From Candidatus Anstonellales archaeon (lineage in GTDB: Archaea > Micrarchaeota > Micrarchaeia > Anstonellales > J096): a stretch of DNA of 64,000 bases. Shown in pieces: positions 1-8,159 of this stretch. The notes under the pieces were generated by a model, which worked only from the letters and a program-made list of their open reading frames with translations, was not told where the DNA came from and ran no database searches. Position 1 is the first letter of the stretch, and each line of letters opens with the position of its first letter. The position numbers and the translations under genes are program-made. The stretch spans positions 12,442 to 76,441 of the forward strand of contig JAWAFD010000003.1 of the NCBI GenBank assembly GCA_038890745.1, read 5' to 3'.

Positions 1-175
1 TAAAACAATGGGTATCACGATGAGGCGGGACAAGGATACAGGCCGACCCAGGATAAATAAGCCGGAAAGTGTTCTTGACAGAGAACAGAAACAGAATAAC
101 GCTTATTTCTACTCTGAATAAAAAAATTGCAAAAACACCGCACCATTTTTAAATTTTGTTTTAAATTATAATCGC

Positions 176-487
176 ATGGATCAAACAAGACAAAAAATTA
201 AAATAGCGACGCTTGCTCTCGCGCTCATACTTTTAGTTGGCACACTATTCTATCATTTTTACGAAGGGTTTACATGGGTGGATGCATTCTATCTTACTGC
301 AATGACAATAACAACAGTTGGGTATGGAGATATCCACCCCACGCATGACCTGAGCAAGATTTTCACAGTGTTTCTTGCATTCTCAGGCATAGGTCTTGTT
401 TTCTATTACTTAACCCTCAGCGCAAACTACTATTTAGAAATTGTAGAAAAGAGGTTTGGGATCAGAAAAGGAGAAATCAGAAAGTAG
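176..487 (+). CDS. Two-TM minimal potassium channel (KcsA-like pore-only K+ channel)
   Basis: 103 aa; two hydrophobic helices flank the canonical K+ selectivity filter TVGYGD. ATG follows an AT-rich upstream region. Confidence 0.75.
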   Translation: MDQTRQKIKIATLALALILLVGTLFYHFYEGFTWVDAFYLTAMTITTVGYGDIHPTHDLSKIFTVFLAFSGIGLVFYYLTLSANYYLEIVEKRFGIRKGEIRK

Positions 488-488
488 T

Positions 489-1055
489 TTAAACCGAATT
501 TTCTGTTTGATTAAACTGAATTGTGAAAACCTCTGTCTCTCCGGTTTCGTTCACAATTACTTTATAATAGTAAGGGGCATTTCCGAGCCATGTTACCTCC
601 CACCCTCCTTGAATTCTGCTCACCGCAGGCTCTGCCCCAAAAGAATCAATAAATCCTTCCACTATCGGATTTTCCCTCCAGCTTTTTATTATCGCTTCCT
701 CTTCAAAAGCTATGGGCAGGTCATGCACCTCACAGTTTTTCGTAATATGCTCAGGTGGTTGTGGCTCAAACCCCTGCTTTGGGTAAAGATAGTAAAGATG
801 GATCCTTCTTGGGCATTTTGTATAGTAATCAAAAGTAACCCTTGCAACTATTTCGTAATAATTTTCCTTCTCTCTTGTTTCTACAATGCTTATCTTATCA
901 GCATTTGAGTATTTAGCTTTTAAATCCTGCAAAACAAAGTTTTCTGCATCCACCTTTTCCACTTTTGGCTGCGTGGGCTGCAGGAAAACTATATAAAGAA
1001 CAAGCAGAGAGAGGATTATAACCGACCCGAACTTTATGATCTCTTCGATTTCCAT
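489..1055 (-). CDS. Hypothetical membrane-anchored exported protein
   Basis: ORF 489..1118 has an internal Met followed by a hydrophobic signal-anchor (IIKFGSVIILSLLVLYIVF). No recognisable domain. Start trimmed to this internal Met. Confidence 0.4.
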   Translation of the reverse strand: MEIEEIIKFGSVIILSLLVLYIVFLQPTQPKVEKVDAENFVLQDLKAKYSNADKISIVETREKENYYEIVARVTFDYYTKCPRRIHLYYLYPKQGFEPQPPEHITKNCEVHDLPIAFEEEAIIKSWRENPIVEGFIDSFGAEPAVSRIQGGWEVTWLGNAPYYYKVIVNETGETEVFTIQFNQTENSV

Positions 1056-1074
1056 ATGGTTTTCTTTCTCGGAA

Positions 1075-1225
1075 GAAAGGTTTAAAAACACTTCTCGGAA
1101 AAAATATACCTTGCTCAAATATACTACATGGATATTCGTATTTCACGAATATGACACAGGCTTCAAGGGTTTTCAAGAGAAGGTTTCCTGTCAATTCCTT
1201 AATGGTTAATGCAGCGGACAACTGA
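1075..1225 (+). promoter_or_regulatory. Putative 16S rRNA promoter and 5' leader
   Basis: An archaeal TATA-like element (tttaaaaacac / aaatatac) lies ~110-145 nt upstream of the 16S 5' end at 1226. Promoter elements not experimentally defined. Confidence 0.3.
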
Positions 1226-1550
1226 ATTCCAGTTGATCCTGCTGGAGGGTACTGCTATCGGAATCCGACTAAGGCATGCAAGTCTACGCCTGCACTTGTA
1301 GGCGTGGCAGACGGCTGAGTAACACGTGGTCAACCTCCCCTGAAGACCGGAACAACCTCGGGAAACTGAGGCTAATTCCGGATATGCCATCACTGCTGGA
1401 ACGCTTGATGGTTGAAAAGGAGGGCGAATTGGAGCCTTTCCGCTTCAGGACGGGACCGCGGGGGATTAGGTTGTTGGCGGGGTAACGGCCCACCAAGCCG
1501 ATAATCCCTAGGGGCCATGGGAGTGGGAGCCCCCAGAGGGACACTGAGAC

Positions 1551-1589
1551 AAACGCTGTTTGTTCAGGTTTTTCGGAAGGGACAAACAG
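1551..1589 (+). repeat. 38-nt palindromic hairpin insertion in 16S (copy 1), at the position equivalent to E. coli ~322
   Basis: aacgctgtttgttcaggtttttcggaagggacaaacag splits the conserved ACTGAGACA/CGGTCCA block. 10-bp inverted repeat cgctgtttgt/acaaacagcg. Confidence 0.7.
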
Positions 1590-2157
1590 CGGTCCAAGGG
1601 TCCCAGCCCTACGGGGTGCAGCAGCCGCGAAACCTCCGCAATGCGCGCAAGCGTGACGGGGGGATTCCGAGTGGTGTTGGCTCTTGCTAACACCTTTTGC
1701 CAAGTGTACAAACACCTGTTCGGTGGTGTAAAGCTTGGCGAATAAGGGTGTGGGCAAGACCGGTGGCAGCCGCCGCGGTAACACCGGCGCCTCAAGTGGT
1801 ACCCACGAATATTGGGTCTAAAGCGCCCGTAGCCGGCCGTGCAAGTCCACTGTGAAATGTTGGGGCTTAACTCCAACGCGTGCAGTGGATACTGCATGGC
1901 TTGGGAGCGGGGGAGGGTAGAGGTACGCCCGGGGTAGCGGTAAAATGCGTTGAGCCTGGGCGGACCCCCAGTGGCGAAGGCGTCTACCCAAAACGCGTCC
2001 GACGGTGAGGGGCGAAAGCTGGGGGAGCGAAGGGGATTAGATACCCCCGTAGTCCCAGCTGTAAATGATGCCAACTAGATGCGACTGCATCTTTGAGATG
2101 CAGTAGCGTCGTAGCGAAGGCGTTAAGTTGGCCACCTGGGGAGTACGATCGCAAGAT

Positions 2158-2200
<43 letters not shown>

Positions 2201-2565
2201 TTAACCATAAGGAATATAAACACAACCGACTACAACCATTCATGCCATCTATAAGCGGTGATGAAGAATCCTTCAAGAAACATTTCCGTATTTTGGCGGA
2301 AGAGAGCAACGGATTTAGAAAGTTAAACGCTAAACTACGTTGTAAATAAAAGGATTGTTATTGAATGCACACAGGCTACAAATAAAATAAAATAAAAGCA
2401 GAGTCTTTGGGTTTCCGTATATCCAAACTAAAAAAAGTTAATCCTAGGATTATCGCAATAGCTGTTATTCCTAGAGGGGTAAATAAGGGATTTTTGCGTC
2501 GGCTTGAGGATTTTGATCACATCGTTTTTGATGATGAGTTGAGTCGGTTGGAATTCCTTCTGGTT
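2201..2565 (+). other. Intron-like insertion 1 in 16S (~365 nt, AT-rich, no intact ORF)
   Basis: Sits between the conserved ...gcaccacaaggggtgga and gctacggttcaatcgga (GGAGCCTGCGGTTTAATTGGA equivalent). AT-rich, unlike the flanking rRNA. Only short ORFs that cross the boundaries. Confidence 0.6.
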
Positions 2566-2709
2566 CCACAGGCTACGGTTCAATCGGATACAACGCCGAA
2601 CATCTCACCAGAGGCGACGGCAGAATGAAGGTCAGGCTAAAGACCTTGCCCGACAAGCCGAGAGGTGTTGCATGGCCATCGTCAGCTCGTGGTGTGAACT
2701 GTCCGGTTA

Positions 2710-2748
2710 ACGCTGTTTGTTCAGGTTTTTCGGAGAGGACAAACAGCG
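2710..2748 (+). repeat. 38-nt palindromic hairpin insertion in 16S (copy 2), at the position equivalent to E. coli ~1092
   Basis: cgctgtttgttcaggtttttcggagaggacaaacagcg inserted in the GTTAAGTC loop before GGCAACGAGCG. Identical to copy 1 except for 1 nt. Confidence 0.7.
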
Positions 2749-2868
2749 GTCGAAAGTCCGGCAACGAGCGAGACCCATGCCCTTAGTTGCTAACTCTATC
2801 TCCGGATAGGGTGCACTCTAAGGGGACTGCCCGCGTTAAGTGGGAGGAAGGAGTGGGCGACGGTAGAT

Positions 2869-3662
2869 AGATGGCCTGGTCCGTAATCTTTTAAACACTA
2901 GCTCCGTAAATTTAATATGCCAAAAATGAAAATAACAAAAAGAGAGCTGCTTAATTTACTAGAAAAAGTTCATAACATAACCGAAGAAGATCTATCTAAT
3001 AATCCCAAGTACCTGCTTTTGCTACGATTGAATCTTGGTATGTCTCAAAATGAATTCGAGAAGTTTCTAGGAATAAGTAAAAATTCATACAAATATGAGA
3101 CAGGAAAAATAAAACGCATGAGTAAAAGGACAGCAAAAAAATTTTTGGCAAGACTCCCAAACAGCATAGATAGGAAGAAAGTTATAAAGAGCTATAAACA
3201 CTTCAAAGCAGAATCTAAAGGTTGGATGATGGTGCATTCTGATTCAGAGCAGGCGCTGAGAGGAAGACAAAAAGGGGCAATCAATTCGATGAAAAAACGT
3301 TGTACTATTCAAGAAAAAGAAATAACAAATTATCTCTTAAAAAAAGCAGTCCCTTTCAAAAGAAACTACGCACTAAACAATAGATGCGTTGTAGATTTCA
3401 TAATTGAACATGCAAATGTTATAATCGAATGTAAGCGACTATCTACGCAAAATAGGCGGGAGCAAACGAAGAAAATACGCGAACTCGCATATCAAGGATA
3501 CAAAGCTAAGTTTCTTAATCCAAAATTTGCCTTGATTGCACTAATTGAAACACAACTACCTTTAACAGCTGCTGATTATGAAGAATTGATGGGTCCATTC
3601 AATAAAGTATTTAATCGGATGGACGAACTATTTTCTTTTTTGGACCAGACCATTTAACCGCA
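2869..3662 (+). other. Intron-like insertion 2 in 16S (~794 nt) carrying an ORF
   Basis: Sits between conserved gggcgacggtag and gtccgtatggcccgaatcctctgggctacacgcg (position equivalent to ~1205-1213). AT-rich. Contains ORF 2917..3657. Confidence 0.6.
2917..3657 (+). CDS. rRNA-intron-encoded protein: N-terminal HTH (XRE-like) plus C-terminal PD-(D/E)xK / Vsr-DUF559-like endonuclease domain (putative homing endonuclease)
   Basis: 246 aa. HTH-like LLRLNLGMSQNEFEKFLGISKNSY. C-terminal nuclease motif VVDFIIEHANVIIECK (D..E.K) followed by a basic helix. Not LAGLIDADG. Confidence 0.5.
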   Translation: MPKMKITKRELLNLLEKVHNITEEDLSNNPKYLLLLRLNLGMSQNEFEKFLGISKNSYKYETGKIKRMSKRTAKKFLARLPNSIDRKKVIKSYKHFKAESKGWMMVHSDSEQALRGRQKGAINSMKKRCTIQEKEITNYLLKKAVPFKRNYALNNRCVVDFIIEHANVIIECKRLSTQNRREQTKKIRELAYQGYKAKFLNPKFALIALIETQLPLTAADYEELMGPFNKVFNRMDELFSFLDQTI

Positions 3663-3770
3663 GTCCGTATGGCCCGAATCCTCTGGGCTACACGCGGCAT
3701 ACAATGGGCGGCACAACGGGTTGCCACTCCGAAAGGAGGAGCTAATCCCTGAAAACCGTCCCTTAGTTCA

Positions 3771-3809
<39 letters not shown>

Positions 3810-3843
3810 CTAGTAATCGCGGGTCACTATCCCGCGGTGAATG

Positions 3844-3875
<32 letters not shown>

Positions 3876-4064
3876 GTCACCCAAGTGTGGTTTCGGTGAG
3901 GCCCTCCTTTTTGGGAGGCTCGAACCGGGGCTACGCGAGGGGGGCTAAGTCGTAACAAGGTATCCGTAGGGGAACCTGCGGATAGATCACCTCCAAAAAG
4001 GAAATGCAAGGGGCCCTTCTCTGAATAAACCTTGAAGCCTGCCAAAATTTCTTTTTTTATATTC

Positions 4065-4967
4065 TTATGGATACTCAGGACATTTTGGGCAAGTAGTGCA
4101 ATTCTGCGTGCATTCATAATATTCTAGATGCATGCAGCAGCATGTTTGTTTATTCCCACCAAAACTATACTCCCTTTGCAGAACATATAAACACGGAACT
4201 TCGCATTCTTTTTCTTTCACACTTTTATTTGCTTTTTGTATGCACTCCTCATCCTTTAGGTTTGTTCCAACATGTTTTTCATAAGGTGATCTTGCGCATT
4301 CCCATTCGCAGTTCACTGGTGTTGTGTCGCATTCATTCCCCTTCCCATCCCTATCTCCATCAGCTTGCTTTGGGTTGCTTATGTCTGGGCAGTTATCTAC
4401 ATCTCCGCATACCCCATCCCCATCCTTATCATTTTCTTTATCCAATGGACAGATATCGCATTCGTCCCCCAACCCATCCTTATCCATATCGCTCTGGTTT
4501 GAATTAGAAACATTCACGCAATTATCTTCCTCATCCCCCACCCCATCCTCATCCATGTCTCCGCAAACCTGCCCCTCATTCTCGCATCCAGAATAATTCT
4601 TTCCTTCTCCAAGAACAATCGTGCATCTTAGGTTTTTGCATTCAAAATGCGTTTTCCCGCACCAATCAAACTCCTGCTTGCATGTCCCATTCTCACCCTC
4701 CCCCTCCACAATCGTGCATCTGTTCTGTATGCATTCAAAATGGTATTTTTTTGGAGGTGGGGGTTGGCATGGTTTTCCTGGCATTGTGCAGTTCTCAAAA
4801 TTCTCCCCCGGTCCGCTCACAACTGTGCATTTTTGCTCTATGCATTCATAGTGATAGACAGGATAGGTAATATTTCCTGTTTCCTCCCCATTGTTCTTTC
4901 CATTTCCGTTCTCCACGCATCCGCTGAAAAAAATAAAAACAAAAATCACAAGTAAAATTCTTCTCAT
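4065..4967 (-). CDS. Secreted Cys-rich protein with three N-terminal ~35-aa Cys repeats and thrombospondin type-3-like Ca-binding Asp repeats
   Basis: 300 aa. Signal peptide/lipobox-like N-terminus (MRRILLVIFVFIFFSGC). Repeats YHYECIEQKCTVVSG.../YHFECIQNRCTIVEG.../THFECKNLRCTIVLG... C-terminal DxDxDGxGDxxDxC repeats (DMDEDGVGDEEDNC, DMDKDGLGDECDIC, DKDGDGVCGDVDNC, DGDRDGKGNECD). Confidence 0.6.
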   Translation of the reverse strand: MRRILLVIFVFIFFSGCVENGNGKNNGEETGNITYPVYHYECIEQKCTVVSGPGENFENCTMPGKPCQPPPPKKYHFECIQNRCTIVEGEGENGTCKQEFDWCGKTHFECKNLRCTIVLGEGKNYSGCENEGQVCGDMDEDGVGDEEDNCVNVSNSNQSDMDKDGLGDECDICPLDKENDKDGDGVCGDVDNCPDISNPKQADGDRDGKGNECDTTPVNCEWECARSPYEKHVGTNLKDEECIQKANKSVKEKECEVPCLYVLQREYSFGGNKQTCCCMHLEYYECTQNCTTCPKCPEYP

Positions 4968-5881
4968 ACTCCATCAAACCTTTCGACACATATTCTTCTT
5001 TCGTACTCTTTAACCCTTTCTAATATTTTTTTCTCATCCGGTATTCCATGATAGGCTGGCATTTCCACGCAGAAAGAGCTCGCTACGGTCGCAAACATAC
5101 CGGCTTCTTTAATGCTGTTGGATTCTGCAAACATTATGGCAAAAACAATGGAAAAAACATCCCCAGCGCCCGTCTCATCAACATTCTTTGTTGCAAAAGC
5201 AGGAAAGAAAATAGTTTCCCCTTTCTCTCTCCAATACACCATGCTTCCCTTCCTTCCGTAGGTAAGCTCTACGATGCTTGGTCCTGAGTTTGCTATTTTT
5301 TTCAAACCTTTTATATGCTCAAAAATCCCATCAACCTTAACTACACTTCCTTCCAGTCCACTCAATACATATTCTAGTTCTATATCTGAGATTTTCAGAA
5401 GGTCTACGTTCCTTAATATCTCTTTTGCATTTTTCATAGGCTTGTGCTCTATCCTCTTACCAATGACAGCATGCCTTACAAACCCTTGAACATCCAAAGA
5501 AACTATTTTGGATTTTTTTCTTCCTTCCTTTATTGCATCCATGCTTACCTGATTTTCAAAAAGAGGGTTGAAGTGGATCAACTCTGATTCAATCCCAACT
5601 TTTTCTATTCTGCTGCTTAGGGATACTGGTATCTGAATCCTTTTTTCATCCTTATACATTGTCTTTAGTTTTGTGGTTCTGTCCTCCTTGCCTATAACCT
5701 TCACCCCATTCTTTTCCATTATGGTACTCCATTTCATCAAGTCTTCTTTCCCTGCCTTTGTTATGGCTACTACTTTTTTGTTTAATCTTGCTCCTGCTAT
5801 GCAATTGTAAGTAATTCCTCCAAACCTCTCCTCCTTTCCAAAAATATCCTTACAGACCCCTCCGACTACCGCCACCCTCAT
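4964..5881 (-). CDS. PfkB/ribokinase-family carbohydrate or nucleoside kinase
   Basis: 305 aa. N-terminal VAVVGG and C-terminal anion-hole motif TGAGDVF characteristic of the PfkB family. Overlaps next gene by 4 nt. Confidence 0.6.
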   Translation of the reverse strand: MRVAVVGGVCKDIFGKEERFGGITYNCIAGARLNKKVVAITKAGKEDLMKWSTIMEKNGVKVIGKEDRTTKLKTMYKDEKRIQIPVSLSSRIEKVGIESELIHFNPLFENQVSMDAIKEGRKKSKIVSLDVQGFVRHAVIGKRIEHKPMKNAKEILRNVDLLKISDIELEYVLSGLEGSVVKVDGIFEHIKGLKKIANSGPSIVELTYGRKGSMVYWREKGETIFFPAFATKNVDETGAGDVFSIVFAIMFAESNSIKEAGMFATVASSFCVEMPAYHGIPDEKKILERVKEYERRICVERFDGV

Positions 5882-5883
5882 TT

Positions 5884-7311
5884 CTATCCCTTAACAACAG
5901 CTATTGGCCTGAGTTTTGCAACAATATTACTTATCCCTGCCAGTTGTACGGCATTCACAACATCATCAATATCCTTATACGCATCCGGTGCTTCTTCTGC
6001 AGCAACGCTCAATGTTGCTGGCTTAACTATTATTCCTCTCTCCCCAAGCTCCCTTACTATCTGCTCCCCTCTGTGCCTTCTTATTGCCTCGTGCCTGCTC
6101 ATCACCCTTCCTGCTCCATGGCATGTTGAACCAAAGCATACTTTCAGTCCTTTTGGGTTTCCAACAAGAACATAGCTTGCGGTTCCCATGCTCCCAGGAA
6201 TGATTACTGGCTGCCCAATACCCATATACTTTTTTGGCAGTTCTTTTCTTCCTGCTGGGAACGCTCTCGTTGCCCCTTTTCTATGCACGACCAGATTCAT
6301 CTTTTTTCCATCAACTTCGTGCTCCTCGAATTTTGCGATGTTGTGCGCAACATCATACACCAATTTCATGCTATCCATTACATTCGAACCATAAACCTTT
6401 CCAAAACTCTCCCTCACCCAGTGCATAATCATCTGTCTGTTTGTGAATGCAAAATTCACAGCACATTTCATAGCCTTTATGTAATCCTCCCCTTCCCTGC
6501 TCTTTACTGGTGCATACGCAAGCTCTGGGTCTGCCAATCTGATGTTGTTTTTTCTTGCCCATCCCATCACAACATTTATGTAATCGCTCGCAACCTGATG
6601 CCCAAAACCCCTAGAACCAGTATGGATCATTACAACGATCTGCCCTTCGTATAAACCAAACGCTTTTGCAACCTCTGGAAGATGGATCTTTTCAACATAC
6701 TGAATTTCTAAGAAATGGTTTCCTGCACCCAATGTTCCAAGCTGCGGCTTCCCCCTCTTTATTGCAACCTTACTAATTTTGGATGGGTCTGCTCCCTCCA
6801 TCCTTCCATACTCCTCTATACTTTCTCTATCCTCTTCCCATCCATAATTGTTTTCAATCGCCCATTCTACCCCCCTTGTCAAAACCTCTCTTAACTCTTC
6901 TTCGCTAAGCCTTACCTTCCCCTCGCTTCCTACTCCGCTGGGAACATTCGTAAAAAGTGCCTGAACAATCTCCTTTATTTTTGGTTTCACATCCTTTTGT
7001 TCCATGTTTGTTAGAAGCAATCTTACACCGCAGTTAATATCATACCCTACCCCTCCTGGAGAAACTATTCCATCCTCTGCTGGGAACGCAGCCACGCCAC
7101 CTATTGGAAACCCATACCCTTCATGCCCATCCGGCATGAGTAAGGCATGCTTCACTATTCCGGGCAATCCTGCTACATTCTTTAATTGCCATATCGTCCT
7201 ATCCTTTTTCATCTGCTCCAGCATTTTTTCTGTTGCAAAGATTATCCCTGGGACCCTCATCCCCTCTTCTTTAAACTCCCATGTAGCCTTTCCAATCTCC
7301 TTAAATTCCAT
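5884..7311 (-). CDS. rtcB: RNA-splicing (tRNA) ligase RtcB
   Basis: 475 aa. RtcB hallmarks: GYDINCGVRLL, NHFLEIQ, HTGSRGFGHQVA, CHGAGR. Confidence 0.9.
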   Translation of the reverse strand: MEFKEIGKATWEFKEEGMRVPGIIFATEKMLEQMKKDRTIWQLKNVAGLPGIVKHALLMPDGHEGYGFPIGGVAAFPAEDGIVSPGGVGYDINCGVRLLLTNMEQKDVKPKIKEIVQALFTNVPSGVGSEGKVRLSEEELREVLTRGVEWAIENNYGWEEDRESIEEYGRMEGADPSKISKVAIKRGKPQLGTLGAGNHFLEIQYVEKIHLPEVAKAFGLYEGQIVVMIHTGSRGFGHQVASDYINVVMGWARKNNIRLADPELAYAPVKSREGEDYIKAMKCAVNFAFTNRQMIMHWVRESFGKVYGSNVMDSMKLVYDVAHNIAKFEEHEVDGKKMNLVVHRKGATRAFPAGRKELPKKYMGIGQPVIIPGSMGTASYVLVGNPKGLKVCFGSTCHGAGRVMSRHEAIRRHRGEQIVRELGERGIIVKPATLSVAAEEAPDAYKDIDDVVNAVQLAGISNIVAKLRPIAVVKG

Positions 7312-7322
7312 ACTCTCCCTCC

Positions 7323-8114
7323 TTAAAATTGTATAAAGTCTTTGCTCGCTGAGAGCAGAAGAACAGCAAACATGAGGAAGAAGATTCCTGAGGTTAGGCA
7401 GTTTGCTGTTTTTAAAGCTGAGAATATGTTTTCCATTTCTGTACCCATGTTCTGAATGCTCGCTTCCATATCCTCCAAATCCTTCTTAACTTTGTTGAAA
7501 TTCTGCTGAACGCTTTTCATATCGCTCACAGCTTTGTCCAAGCTTGATTTTGTGGTTTGGAGTTCGTTCGCAGCACTCATGATCTCATCCGCGCTTTTCT
7601 CTAGCCCTTCCCCTTCCTTTTTGAATGAGATCACCCCTCCAAAATCAAGCATTTTTATTTTGCTTCCAAAACTTTTTATCTCCTCTCCAGAGTTTTTTAT
7701 TCCTTCGCTTGTTTGGTCTATGCTCGAGCTAAAGCTTGCGCTTCCATTCTCAATATTCGCAATCGCGCTGTTCATCTTTTCCAGCCCGCTTTTCAGGTCA
7801 CTCACGCTAGTCTTTACAGTTTCAATCCTGCTCATCGCCATAGTTTTTCCTTGGTCTATCGCTCCATCTACAATGAAATACAAAGCTATTGAGGCCAAAA
7901 GCCCAAACACCGCAAAGGATAGAAGGACTATGTTTATTGTAAGCTTCACCACCGGAGCCCCTTTTTCATCCTCTTTCCTCTCGATTTTTTCTACCTTTTC
8001 CTGCTCTTTTTTCGGCTCCTCTTTCCTTTCCGCTTTTTTCTCTAACCTCACGCCCGCTTTTTTCTCGAATATGTCGCTTGCTATTATGTGCTCCTCTTCC
8101 CTATGCTCACCCAT
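7323..8114 (-). CDS. Hypothetical membrane protein with Lys/Glu-rich N-terminus, two TM segments and a central coiled-coil/Ser-rich region
   Basis: 263 aa. TM helices (LTINIVLLSFAVFGLLASIALYFIV and GIFFLMFAVLLLSA). No catalytic motifs. Confidence 0.4.
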   Translation of the reverse strand: MGEHREEEHIIASDIFEKKAGVRLEKKAERKEEPKKEQEKVEKIERKEDEKGAPVVKLTINIVLLSFAVFGLLASIALYFIVDGAIDQGKTMAMSRIETVKTSVSDLKSGLEKMNSAIANIENGSASFSSSIDQTSEGIKNSGEEIKSFGSKIKMLDFGGVISFKKEGEGLEKSADEIMSAANELQTTKSSLDKAVSDMKSVQQNFNKVKKDLEDMEASIQNMGTEMENIFSALKTANCLTSGIFFLMFAVLLLSASKDFIQF

Positions 8115-8159
8115 AAACTGTGTATTGAGAAAAAAGGTTTAAATAGGTTCCCTGGCTGC

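Noticed and set aside
913-1221. 102-aa minus-strand ORF across the 16S promoter/leader
   Set aside because: Overlaps the start of the upstream real ORF and the rRNA leader. No codon-usage or motif support.
2407-2628. 73-aa ORF in 16S insertion 1, possibly an endonuclease remnant
   Set aside because: Crosses the intron/exon junction into conserved 16S sequence. No nuclease motif. Insertion 1 appears ORF-less.
3994-4064. Looked for ITS tRNA-Ala and a 23S or 5S rRNA after the 16S
   Set aside because: No tRNA-like cloverleaf or 23S conserved blocks. The next feature is a convergent protein gene, so the 16S is unlinked.
4142-4955. Multiple plus-strand ORFs (His/Pro/Ser-rich) antisense to the TSP3-repeat gene
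   Set aside because: Low-complexity translations produced by the antisense of Asp/Gly/Cys repeat codons. The minus-strand gene has signal peptide and repeat architecture.
7534-8142. 202-aa plus-strand ORF antisense to the coiled-coil membrane protein
   Set aside because: Ser/Phe-rich low-complexity antisense artefact. The minus-strand ORF has TM helices and coherent composition.
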